A stretch of 64,000 nucleotides of DNA from the human T2T-CHM13v2.0 reference genome, Homo sapiens, in the NCBI RefSeq assembly GCF_009914755.1, contig NC_060940.1; one strand, written 5' to 3'. The notes under the pieces were generated by a model. The model did no database searches. It saw nothing but the letters and a program-made list of their open reading frames with translations, and was not told the origin of the DNA. Each line of letters begins with the position of its first letter. Position 1 is the stretch's first letter. Below are positions 28,815 to 42,872 of this stretch, in pieces. Position numbers and translations under genes: made by a program.

Positions 28815-29308
28815 ATTTTATCTTATTTTTCTTCAACTTTTAAGTTGTGAGGTCCATGTGTAGGATGTGCAGGCTTGTAAATGTGTGCCATGGTGGTTTG
28901 CTGCACAGATCAACTCATCACCTAGGTAATAAGGCCAGCATCCATTAACTATTCCTCCTGATGCTCTCCCTCCCCACACTCTCCGGCAGTGTGTGCCATT
29001 CCTCCCCATGTGTTCTCATCATTCAGCTCCCCCTTATAAGTGAGAACACGTGGTGTTTGCTTTTCTTTTCTTGTGTTAGTTTGCTGAGGATAATGGCTTC
29101 CAGTTCCATGTCCCTGCAAAAGACATGCTCTCATTTTGTTTTATGGCTGCATAGTATTCCATGTGTCTGTGTGCCACATTTTCTTTATCCGTTCTATCAT
29201 TGATGGGCATTTGGGTTGATTTCATGTCTTTACTATGTGAAATAGTGCTGCAATGAACATACATGTGTGTGTACCTTTATAATAGAATGATTGATATTCT
29301 TTTGGATG
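28815..29308 (-). mobile_element. L1PA 3' end
   Basis: ttatggctgcatagtattccatg...gatgggcatttgggttgatttc antisense L1. Confidence 0.9.
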
Positions 29309-30150
29309 TATTTAGCACCCACTATGTGCCAGTCACACTTTTGGGCACTGAGGATGCAGGACAAGCAGACTCCACACATGTCCTCGTGCACTGAGGATAA
29401 ATAACCAAAAGCCAACGTGGAGGAGCGCCTGTCCGTGGCAGCCCATGCTAGAGGGATCTCACCTAGTCCTGGGGTTGGGGAAGGCCTCTTTGAGGAACTA
29501 ATGTTTTGATCAAGGCCTGAGAGAGATGTAGGTGTTGGCAAGACAAAAGCAGACGCAACAGCCTGTAGTCGAGTGGTTTTTAAAGACATGAATTCACCCC
29601 AGAATGGCTGGAAAGAGGAGAGACTGGATGCGGCCTGGAGCACAGGATCTGGCAGAGGACGAAGACTGGGCAAACAGCCTCTGTGATGATCACAATGCGT
29701 GTGAGATGTAGCTCCAGCTTCTCCTCTTCATCTTTTGACATGCAGCAAAGTGGACATGACACACGGGGTGTGTTGACTGGCAGTTCCGTGTGTTCCAGCT
29801 TCACCACGAACAGACTGCCAGATCTTGGGTAAACTGTACTCTTTGCTTGGTCATGGAGGGAGGATATGAGCTTGGGGATGAGACCTGGCTTCAGATCCCA
29901 GGTGTATGTGCTTAAGTACGATACTGTACCTCTTTAAGCCTCTTGTCCTCACCTATGATAATAATATCTAATTATAACAGGCATTAGTAATGCTCTCTCC
30001 TTAGCAGACACTGGGCAAGGTGCCTCTTTCATGTTGACTGACTTTACCCTCCCCACCACGTAGTGAAGCTAGCGATAATTTCACAGCTGAGTAAACGGAG
30101 GTGCTGGTAGTTAATGATTTTGCCATGAAGTCCCAGAACTAAGAAGTGAA

Positions 30151-30471
<321 letters not shown>

Positions 30472-33034
30472 TCAGCCCTACATCTGTCTTATACTGGAGC
30501 CTGGGCTTTAGATCCTACACCATATTGCCATTTAGGATGACTAAGAGGGTTAAATGGAATGATCCATTCACCCAACATTGTGTCTGGCTTGAATTCAGGA
30601 AATGGAATACGGTCAAACAGATGTGGGCTCTTGTCTTCATTTTCTCTCATTGGATACATGGCTCCTTCAGTTGCTTCATCCGCCTGGATCTGAATTTCTC
30701 AGTCTGTGAAATGGGGATGAACTGAGATTATAGCTCATCTGGTAGGAGCATTTGGTGAGAAGATGCGTGCAAATCCCTTAGCACAATTCCCAGGGCACAG
30801 GAAGACTTGATACTTGTCAACCGTAACTGTTAGTAGGCAGATAGTAGGCCCAGCACAGAAGTCAGTTCTGCCTCTCTACCCTCCTTAGGATTTTTTCTTT
30901 GCACAAAGGGCTTCAGAAAGTGTAAACCCCCTCCTCTCTCTCGTGCATGTGAGGGACAGAGGTGTCCCTGATGTGAGGCAGTGGTAGAAGCCAAGGGCAC
31001 GGGAGGAGCTGTCGGATGGCTGGAGCCGTTTCAGTGCACCAGCTGATCGCAGCACACGTCCAGGTAGGGGGATGCCCTTGGTTTCAAGTTCTTTGTGTTC
31101 TTTCCCCAAAACAAGCGCCTTCTATGCCAAGCCATCTTTCCTGTGCAACACTTTAATTTACATCTTTTAATAACTTTGGTTGCCATGGAAGCATTGGAAT
31201 TCAGTTTTAAAATAGACAAACTAATTGTTTCAGTCAGAGTATTTGCTGTCAAGGAAACAGCCCGTTTTCCCTCATCCCCGAGAGCCCGCTTAATTGGATG
31301 GATGAGGTGGCAAAAATGGCAGAGGGGTTCCTTCTAGTCTACAGCTGGGTGAGGGTGCACCAGGAAGCTCCGAGGGAATCTCTGGGTCCTGGCCATGTGC
31401 CTAGGAAGAGCAGAGACTGGACTCATGAAGGGATCCACCTGGGGAGAAAGGAACAGTGAGAAAGGGCTGTGGGGCCCAGAAAGTTCCTGGGGCAGAGCTG
31501 GGGTAGAGCACAGGGCTCGGACATCTGATAGCCAGTGTGGTCAGCTGTTTCTCTGACCTTGATGGAGGCTTGGAGACCCTCCATCCTGTTCTGAGGGATT
31601 CTAGGAACAAAAACAACAGCAGCACACGTTGCGCAGGACTAAAGCCGCTTCCTCAGTGAGATCAACAAGAAGACGATGTCTCTTGTGGGACAAACTCTCA
31701 CTTACTGCCCTCTCTGTGCTGGGTATCGGGGAGAGGGTGAAGTCATTGTTCACTTACTGAATCATTTCACAAATATTATTTGCATTCCCGTTAGGCACAT
31801 CAGTGAGCACAATAGTGTTCTGTCCTTACGGCACTTATATTCTAGCAGGATGGATTACACAGGATGTTGAAAGTTAATGCATGGAACGGTGCAGAGAAAA
31901 GAAAAAGCAGGACAGAGAGAGGGGCTGGCAGTGCTAGGTACACAGCAGCGTGAATGGCTGAGAAAGTGAGGTTTGAGAAGAGACTTGGCGGGGTTGAGGG
32001 GAGACCAAGCCTGATCTTGGTGATTGAGCATGCTTAGCAGTGATTTAAAGTTCTGCCTTTGCTGTCAGAGAAGATCTGGGTTGCAATTCCATTTTTCATT
32101 GCTTACTTCCTGGATGACCTCTGTCCATGACTGTATCTCTTTATATGCCTCAGTCTCCTCATCTCTAGACTAGGGGTAATGGTACTTTAAATGGGTTAAG
32201 TGAGTTACTGCTTATAAAGTGCTTGGCTTGTAGTAAGAGTGGTGATGATGAAGATGAGGAAGAGAAGGAGGTCATAAAGCAATGAGAGACGAGCTGTGAG
32301 AAGTAAGCAGAGAGGCAATAACCACTTTTTTTGTGAAACAGTGAATGGTGGAATGCATCGCGGAATCTTGTAGAAGCTCTGAGGAAGATCAAATTCACCC
32401 TGCTAAAGACGGCTTCCCAGACGGGATTCCTAAGTCAAGATATGCAGCACTCTCAAAGCCTGTCCAGGGGTAGTGGGGAGAAAATGGTGCTTTATTTTAG
32501 GAACAGCATGTGCAAAGGCCAAGTAGTAAGAGAGCATGGCCAAGTCAAGGCACTGTGCAGAGTGCGCTGGAGCTGAGCATGTGAGATTCAGCACCCCAGG
32601 TGCCATGAGAGGGGGTTGCAGATGTCAACAGGGGCTGTAGGCCTTGAATAAAGTTGAGCTTTACCCTAAAGCTGGCCTTCTCCCAATGTTCAACGAAGTC
32701 TTCCCAAGGGTAAAGAGGAGGAAACAAAAAATTTCTGGTGAGGAATAGGGTAATGGGGAACCTGAAGCTTTCAGTGACCCAACCCAGCTGGGAAGCCTCT
32801 TCAAAATCTCATGCGTCAGTATCAAATGTGTATGCAAGTTTGGCATTTTACCTCACATTATATCACATTTCCTTAACATTCTAAATTACTTACCGTGGAA
32901 TTCAGCTGATGCTCCAGAAGTATGCTCCTCATCCTCACATAGCTTTGAATGCCCAACACATAATTTTGCACTCTGGTTTTAGCATAGTATTTTACAAGTA
33001 AATACGTGGCAGCCTTTGAAGGTGTTAAGATCAC

Positions 33035-33615
33035 ATGGTGAATGGGCACAAAAAATAGAAAGAATGAATAAGACCTAGTATTGCTAGCATAACAGGGAGA
33101 CTATAGTCAAAAACAATATAGTTGTACGTTTCAAAATAACTAAAAGAGTCTAACTGGATTGTTTGTATCACAAAGGATAAATGCTTGAGGTAATGGAGAC
33201 CCCATTTAACCTGATGTGATTGTTACGCATCGCATACCTGTGTCCATCTGTTTTATCTGGCTAGGCATGGTGGCTCACACCTGTAATCCCAGCCCTTTGG
33301 TAGGCTGAGGCGGGTGGATCACCTGAGGTCAGGGGTTCGAGACCAACCTGGCCAACGTGGCAAAACCCCGTCTCCACTAAAAATAAAAAATTAGCTGGGC
33401 GTGGTGGTGGTTGCTTGTAATCCCGGTTGCTATGGAGGCTGAGACATAAGAATTGCTTGAACCCAGGAAGCAGAGGTTGCAGTGAGCCAAGATTGCGCCA
33501 CTGCACTCCAGCCTGGGTGACAGAGCAAGACTCCACCTCAAAAAAAAAAAAATCTCATGTAACCCATAAATATATGCACCTGCTATGTACCTACAAAAAT
33601 TGAAGATTAAACATA
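33035..33615 (+). mobile_element. L1MA 3' end split by Alu
   Basis: gaaagaatgaataagacctagta...aaaggataaatgcttgagg; resumes atctcatgtaacccataaatatat. Confidence 0.85.
33259..33552 (+). mobile_element. AluS
   Basis: full dimer. Confidence 0.95.
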
Positions 33616-34017
33616 AACAAGTAAAGTGTGCTTAGAACAATTAAAAAAAAGATCACCCACAGCCATGTCCGTCATTCTAAGGATAATTTAGTTGCAAAAT
33701 GTGGAATTGAAGATGAGGAGGGGAGGGAATCAAGGCTGAAAGCTGGGTCACCACTAGGAGGAAGTAGCAGTCATCCACTGGGGAATGATGGTGGCCTGGC
33801 AAATGGTCATGGTGTGGGTGAGGGAGGAGGGGAGAGATATGCATGGGGATGATTTTTTAAACATGCCACCAAATTCGAACACAATTCTGGAGCTCTATTT
33901 TCCCCGGTGTTCCCTTTCACACCACTCTGTTTCTTTTAGTGTTTTACTTTACTTATTTTTTAAATTGAGGTGGACTCGTAGAATCAAACATAATTAAAAC
34001 AATTCAAAACATTATAA

Positions 34018-34321
<304 letters not shown>

Positions 34322-34473
34322 TAAAGGAGTAGACAATTAAGAACAGTCGTATATACATCAGAGCCCTGAGTTTCCTTCTGAGCTCCCTGGAAGCAAAGGA
34401 AAAATGAGAAATACATTGGACCATGTTATCTATATTGCACAGCAAGAAGAAGAAACAGGAAATTCATCTACAG

Positions 34474-34854
<381 letters not shown>

Positions 34855-35349
34855 TTATAATAGAAAAGCCATGTCTTCAACCATAAGATTGTCCATATCA
34901 ACATTTCATGCCCTTGCCTGCTATAAATGCTGAGGTCATAGTGTTAAGTCTTAACTTAGTTGAGGCAGTTTCATGGGGGATGATAAAATAATGTGGTCCA
35001 GATGCCTGTCTTTCTAACTTAATACAAGCTTAGAACTTGTAGAAAATCCCAGGAAATGGATGACTCACATGCCCATTACATTATCTGTCTCAGATATTAG
35101 ATTTCTAAGATGAGCTTCTGGAAGTAGGAGCTGGATCTTAGTCAACTCATGGCTGGACTCTCTAGTGAATGCCAACCTCTGTGTCACTGACTGAAGAAGA
35201 AAACGTACGTGATTGAAATACCAGTGCCAGAGGACTCTGCGTTTTCATTCGGAAATGATAACTTGGCAGCCTGATCTTTATTCTTACTGAGCTGGAGAAG
35301 GGTCTGATGTGGCCCAGGGCATAGGAAGGAGGTATCAGAATCACAAAAG

Positions 35350-35560
35350 CTGGTTTACATTTCTGCCACTAACGTGCAGTCTAACTGTGGGTAAGTCAAT
35401 TTAACTCTTGCAGACTTAGTCTTCTCATTTATAACATAGGATCTAAGGGGCATCTCGCAGGGGTTTTGGGAGGATTAAATGACATGTCATGCGTCAGTCA
35501 CCTATGACAGTGCCTAGAACAGAGACATTTAATACCTTATACTGTTGCTGTTATTTGTAT
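35350..35560 (+). mobile_element. MIR
   Basis: gggaggattaaatgacatg...acagtgcctagaacagag. Confidence 0.65.
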
Positions 35561-35746
35561 TATAAACGGAAAGCGATGTAACTGTTTTGCTGGACCTTAA
35601 GGCCAATCACAAAATATTATCATGTTCCCAAGAGGCACATTTCTAAATCAAAAAGAATGGAAGAATGAAGTCTGTATTCCTGAGCTTTCCAGGAAAGAGG
35701 GATGTGAAGGGAGGAGGAAGTACGACAAACTTGGTGTAAAATGTTC

Positions 35747-36585
35747 TGTCTTACGTTGGGTACTTCAGATGCCGAGCCTGAGAGGGGATTTTCCTTAGGA
35801 GATTTATTGGGGAAGTGCCGTCAGGAGAAGGGGACTAAATTAGTATAAGGAAGGGAGAGGCTGGAATCTGATCCTGGATGGATCCCAGGAAAGGCTGTGG
35901 AGCATGAATGGTCCCCACAGCTGGTCTCATCTAGAGGCAGAGAGCCAAGCTGCTTGTATCTTGCTACAGTTTAGATGTTTGTCCTCCCAAACCTCATGCT
36001 GAAAGTTGATCCTAATGTTGGAGGTGGGGCCTCCTGGGAGGTGTTTTGATCGTGGGCAAGGGTCTTTCATGAATATATTAATCCCCTCCCTGTGGGGTGG
36101 GAGGATAGTGAGTTCTCACTCTGTAAGTCCCCTTGAGAACTGATTGCTAAAAAAACCTGGCACCTCCCTGCGCTCCCCGTTTTGCTTCCTCTCTTGCCAT
36201 GGCTTCTCTGCACATGTGGGCTCTCCTTTGCGTTCCAACATGAGTGGAAGCAGCCTGAGACTCTCACCAGAAGCAGATGCTGGTGCCATGCTTCTTGTAC
36301 AGCTTGCAGAACCATGAGACAAATAAAATGTTTTTCTTTATACATTACCCAGCCTCAGGTATTCCTTTATGTTATATCAACATAGAATGGACTAAGACAT
36401 ATCGTCATGTCATTAGCTGAGGTTTGCCTGCAGGGTTGGGGAGAATAGGCATAGCTCTTCAGGGGAGAGGGTTTCCATTTGGAGAAGAGGAGATATGAGC
36501 TGTATCAGCCAACACTTTAGTATGTGGCATCCAGTGTTCTTGCAAGTAACAGAGATCTGGTGAAGCATCAACAGCATCACTATAG
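35747..36585 (-). mobile_element. Old ERVL-type LTR (LTR16-like) interrupted by an MST LTR
   Basis: gccgagcctgagaggggatt...gatttattggggaagtg. Confidence 0.5.
35962..36399 (+). mobile_element. MSTB/C-type MaLR solo LTR
   Basis: tgctacagtttagatgtttgtcc...ggactaagaca; TSD TATCT/TATCG. Confidence 0.85.
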
Positions 36586-36748
36586 TTCCTAAACATCATA
36601 TATTCATTCCCATTTTCTTCTGCTTTTGAGCAGCTGCCAAAATCTCTCACCTTTGTCTCTCCAACATTCGTTTGAAAGCTACGTTACCCCCGCTATTTTT
36701 TTAAAATCATAAGGCTCTCCACCCCCCACTAAAAATGTATCCATCCGC

Positions 36749-37056
<308 letters not shown>

Positions 37057-37680
37057 ACTCCATCCGCTTTTAAACAGAAAAGGCATTCCACTCTGCTTTC
37101 TTTTCTCTGCATCTTTATCCACCCTCCTTAAAGGGTCTTACATACTTAATCTTCAGTATTTCATATTCCTATCATCACTACCTCATGGGAAACATATGAG
37201 TAGGATCAATGTTATTCTCGAAAATTGGCTTTGAATCTGCAAGATCACATGGGAAAATATATAGTGATGACCCCCGGGGTTTGCTCCACTTAATATAAAA
37301 GAGAAACTCTGTGTTAGCAGGATGTGGTTCAGCACCTGGGAAACCAAGGCCCCTCAAGGTGGGCCTCTCTTAGCTGGGATAAGGTGAACAAACCTTTTCA
37401 TCCTGCCTGCAAGCTTCTCCAGAGACTGTTCAGTTTGAAAGACCTGACTGGTGTCTCCCCAGCATTTTGTTTTTTAGTCTGATCATAGCCACATATAAGA
37501 GCATCTCTCAAGACAGCCAATAAATCATACCTTCTATTGCAATTCATTTAACTTCTCTTTTTTTTTTTTTTTGAGCAGACTAGTTTCACTCTGAAATATT
37601 ACATGTTTGAGCTTTGTAACTCCAAATAATTTTTCATAGTCCCCTGGAAAACCAAGAGTTTAGGTAATGACTTCTGGGTA

Positions 37681-38053
37681 TGTATTGGTTTGCTCTCAGG
37701 CTGCTAATAAAGACATACCTGAAACTGGGTAATTTATAAGGAAAGAGGTTTAATTGACTCACGGTTCTTCTTGACTGGGTAGGCCTCAGGAATCTTTCAA
37801 TCATGGTGGAAGGGGCAGCAAACCTGTCCTTCTTCACATGATGGCAGGAAGGAGAAGTGTCAAGCAAAAGCAGGAAAAATCCTTATAAAACCATCAGATC
37901 TTGTGAGAACTCACTCACTCTCATGAGAACAGCATGAGGGTAACTTCCCCCATGATTAAATTACCTCCTACCAGGTCCCTTCCATGACACGTGGGGTTTA
38001 TGGGAACTAAATTCGAGTTGAGATTTGGGTGGGGACATGGCCAAACCATGTCA
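37681..38053 (-). mobile_element. THE1 (C/D-type) MaLR solo LTR
   Basis: TG..CA ends, TSD GGGTA 37676-37680 / 38054-38058. Confidence 0.9.
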
Positions 38054-38501
38054 GGGTATCATAGAGCAAGATCTTAACTCTTCTACCTGAGAAGTAGGGA
38101 GGACATGACCCAGAAGATCTGGTGGGCCTCTTGCTTAGACATAAAACGTATCAGACCTCTGATTCATCCTGGCCTAGAGAATAATCCACTGTCCTGTGTG
38201 GCCTTTAAGGAGGAGTAATGATGATAATAATAAGCAACAGTAGCAGGGTTTTTTTTTTTTTTGGTCATCTACATGTAAAATCATATTTAATCCTCTCTAC
38301 AATGAGCATAGATTCTATTGTCAAGTCTGTTTTGCAGATGAATGAATCAAGGCCCAGAGAGGTTGTCCAAAATTACCCAGGTAGTGAGTGGCAAGTCCAG
38401 AATTTGATCTCAAGCCATTTGACTTCACGGGCAAGTTTAACCATTATGCTCTACTATTTTGTAGCTTCCCTCTCATTAATTCATATAAAAAAATAGCTAC
38501 T

Positions 38502-38888
38502 GGTTGCACACAGTGGCTCATGCCTATAATCCCAGCACTTTGTGGGGCTGAGAAGGGAACATTGCTTGAGGCCAGGCATTTGAGATCAGCCTGGGCAACA
38601 TAGTGAGTCTCCATCTCTATTAAAAAAAAAAAAAAAAGTAGCCAGGTGTGGTGTCATTTGCCTGTGGTCCCAGCTACGTGGGAGGTTGAGGTGAGAGGAT
38701 CACTTGAGCCCAGGAGACTAAGACTGCAGTGAGCCTTGGTTTGCAGTGAGCCTCACTGCTTTTAGTTTCAGAGATACCTGCCTCCCCTCTCTTATTCCAG
38801 ATCAGAAGCCCTTCTCAGTAGTTGCACCACTGCACTCCAGCCCAGGAAACAGAGCGAGACCCTGTCTCAAAAAAAAAAAAAAAAAAAA
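38502..38888 (+). mobile_element. AluJ carrying a ~80-bp foreign insertion
   Basis: J-type arms; non-Alu block ~38741-38820. Confidence 0.9.
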
Positions 38889-39513
38889 TAGGCTACTGAC
38901 TCTCCACTGTAGCAGGATGCAAGACACTCTTCAGGTGTTGATATATACTGATGAGAAATACAAACACAATCTTATCTTTAGTCTAAGGGGAAAGAGATCT
39001 CAAAGGATCATACAAACAGACAGAAACATGATGAGATCTACAGAGGAGAGCCTGTCATGCAGAAGCTGTCCATTATAGGGGAAACTGACCTGGTCCATTG
39101 AGTCAGGGAAGGCTCTCTGAGGTGGTGACAAGCTGAGACTGAATGATGAACAGGGCACAGTTAAAAGGAAATTAATGAAGATTACCAAAGTAGCATTTGA
39201 AATCAAGCTGAATTCTCTGCTTGACTAGCTAGGAAGAGTGGGGCCACTCTGTGTGAATTCCACGGGTTTCACAGAGCAAACTGAAAGAGCTGGATATTGA
39301 GCAAAAAGAGGAAGTAGCCAAGCTGAGCAAGATTCTGATGTCGGGTACCTGATTGGGTCAAAACCCCTCCCTGGTGGGTGGTGCATTATCAAAGCTGGAG
39401 AGTCTGGTTTAAAACATGGCTGCTGGGGGCCATGGAAGATTCCAACCCGCCTGGTCCATCCACAGATTCACCTGAATGGGCATGCTGAAAGCTATGGCGA
39501 GAGTTCCTTTGAT

Positions 39514-39820
39514 GGCCCGGCATGGTGGCTTACACCTGCAATCGCAGCACTTTGGGAGACTGAGGCAGGTGGATCACGTGAGCCCAGGAGTTCGAGACTA
39601 GCCTGGGCAACATGGTGCAACCCTGTCTCTACAAAAATACAAAAATGAGTCAGGCATGGTGGTGCAGACCTGTCGTCCCAGCTACTGGGATGGGGAGGCT
39701 GAGATGGGAGGATTGCTTGAACCCAGGAACTGGAGGTTGCAGTGAGCCGAGATTGTGCCACTGCACTCCAGCCTTGGTGACAGAGCAAGACTCTGTCTCA
39801 AAAACCAAACAAAACAAAAC
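39514..39820 (+). mobile_element. AluJ
   Basis: gagcccaggagttcgagactagcctgggcaac. Confidence 0.9.
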
Positions 39821-41221
39821 CAGGAGTTTCTTCAACAACGTTGTCTATGCTTATATTGTACCTTTGTTTGGGCAGTTTATTGACTAATATCTAAGCTTTC
39901 TCATTACACTCCAAATGTCATGGGTGGGGCCAATGTGGGAGATCCTGTCTTGCTTTGTCATTGTGGCATACTGAATTTCTAACACAATGATAGGCAGGTG
40001 GTAGATGCTTAGCATATTACTCATTGATTCATGAATGCCTGTAAATGTGAATAAAAATAGTGGAGGAGAGAATAGCGTGTGTTTTCCTAGCAGAGAGAAT
40101 TGTACATGCCAAAAGGAAGGGGGAAAAAAAGAAAGAGAAAATTCCCCAAACAACTGTGTTTCTGCAAGGAGATTTATTTCAGTAGACATGAGTAAAGAAA
40201 TGAAGATTCTGTTTCCTTTTTTAGCCCTTTTGCCCCAGAGTAGAAATCCACCAGGAGACCTTTGTCTGGACCCGTTCATCGCAACCTTCCCGCTCCCGCC
40301 TCATGCAGCCAGTTCCTCATCCGTATTCTTCCCAGGCCATCCCTCTAGCCCAGCAATCTGTTTCTGTCCTTTGCAGGAGCTAATAGGACAAAAACAAATC
40401 GCAGCTCTCCAGCAAGTCATGCGGGGTTCTTGGGGACCTGGCGGCCAGCTTCGAGAAGGACATGAGAGGAGGGGATGGTGCCAGGAATGTCAAATTAGCC
40501 TCCTTCCTCTCCCTAGAAGAATTCACAACCACCGTCAAGACATCCAGGAAGCTGCAGGAGCTCCCTCCTGGCCCCAGAGCCCCTATTCCAAAAAACCAAG
40601 TCTACATAGTTCTGATTACCTGGGGAAATTAATAGAACAAATCTTTCCCTTGGGAGAGACTGACAGTGCAGTGGCTCTATCTCAGAGGTGGCATGTGAGA
40701 AGCAGAGAAGCACTGTCCTTTCAGTCTGCAATCACTGCCTTTGGTTGCAGAGATACCTGCCTCCTCTCCATTATTCCAGAGCACCAGCCCTTCTTCACTC
40801 TGTGCTGTGACTAGTGTCAGGAGAAACGGAGACGCGTGTTGATTAAGTCTGGCGTCTCAGCAGCAGCCCAGTCATGTTCGTCTCCCTGGACCCTCTCAGC
40901 TTACCATTCCCTAAGGGCTGTATGTGGGGGCTACTTCTTATATCCATCTCCTCATCCCCCGTTCACGCGGTCTTTGTTTTAGGCAGGTCCTAATCGTTCC
41001 TCTTTGAAACAATTTTATGCTCTGGTAATCTGATCCCCTTACTGTTGGGGTTCCCTTTTATAATTCACCTTGCACCCTGTAGCTGGCGATGACTTCCCAG
41101 AGCTGAGCAATGATGTCTTATGATGTAAGGATGAAATATAACTCCTAGCTTAAGCTCAAGGTGCTCCACAGTCTCAGCTCATTTGTTCCGAAGGTTTGCC
41201 TATAATTTCCCTTCACACCTT

Positions 41222-41478
41222 TGCTAGCCAATATGGTAGCCACTCAATGCATGTGGCCGTTACACCTAAACTGAAATTGGTTAAAATTAGAAATTCAGCC
41301 CCTCAGCCATAACAGCCCCATTTCAAGCAGTCAGAGGCCTCATGGAGCTCAAGGCTGCCATATTGGAGAGTAAGGATATAGGAAATTTCCATCACTACAA
41401 AAATTAGTTGGACATCCACATCAGAGAGCAAGGTTATAGGACATTTTCATCACTACAGAATTTTTTGGGGGCAGTGAT
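41222..41478. mobile_element. MER3-like DNA transposon with duplicated end
   Basis: ccaatatggtagccact...catttcaagc...atttccatcactaca. Confidence 0.7.
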
Positions 41479-41859
41479 GTTTCACACATTACCCAAATTG
41501 AGCTTTTCTGTATCTTTTCTTCATAGCCTCAGGATTTCCACCTAATGCTTTTGCTTATCATCTCGTCTCTGCTGAAAATTCCTTCCCTCAATCTGCCTAT
41601 GCCCAAGCATTCTTGATCTTCAGACTCCTTTTGGAAGCCTTCTTTGGTTCTCCACCTAGAAGCGACTTATCCTACGTCTAAACTCTCATAGCCCCTAGTC
41701 CTCCTGATACTACCTGTAACTTCCCATTATTACTCAGTTATTCATGTCATAGTACTTATAACGTGGATGGGGTTCAATGCATGTTTCTTGAATGAATTAA
41801 TCATATTCCCTCTTTTGAACTGTAAGCTCTAAATACTGTCAATTACCCATTATTGTTCA

Positions 41860-42070
41860 CCTGCCATGAGTCAGAAAGTATTCCAGAAAATTTATTTATC
41901 GCCCTCTCTCACCCTTACAACAGACCCATTAAGTACGAATTAATGTTCCCATTTTATAGATGAGTAAACTGAGGCTTAGAGAAATTCTGCACCCTAGCCT
42001 AAGAGCCACAGTTGACAAATAATAGAGCTAGAATTTGAACCCAAATTTGGGTGAGTCTCGTCCTCTGTTT
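41860..42070 (-). mobile_element. MIR
   Basis: cccattttatagatgagtaaactgaggcttagaga. Confidence 0.8.
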
Positions 42071-42134
42071 TCCCACAGAGAAATGCTCTGCTGCCTTTCT
42101 TTGAAGAGATGTTCCTTAATTTAATTAATTAATT

Positions 42135-42540
<406 letters not shown>

Positions 42541-42809
42541 TAAACACTGAACTAAAAGTGTATCATTCACAAAGAGACCCCCAGGATCTGCTGCTCACCT
42601 CCAAGCTCTGCCCACATGGACACTTTGACACGTATCGAAGTGACCATGTGCTAACCTTGCCCTTGTCTCTACTACAGTTCTTATCTCAGGTAAGTGTTTC
42701 TAAACTCCCCCACCCTCAACAAACGTGTGCACCCCTTTCCAGCCTCCCATGGTTAGGCTCCTAGCCTTTTCTTGGACTTGCCTGAGCCGACTTACTGTTT
42801 GTATTAGAT

Positions 42810-42872
42810 GGGTGTGTGTGGGTGTGTGTGTGTGGGTGTGGGTGTGTGTATGTGAGTGTGTATGTATGCATG
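42810..42872 (+). repeat. (TG)-rich microsatellite
   Basis: direct reading. Confidence 0.9.

Noticed and set aside
40035-40814. Longest ORF (259 aa)
   Set aside because: No recognisable domain, composition typical of random open frames, and no promoter or splice context; ORFs this long occur by chance in 64 kb x 6 frames
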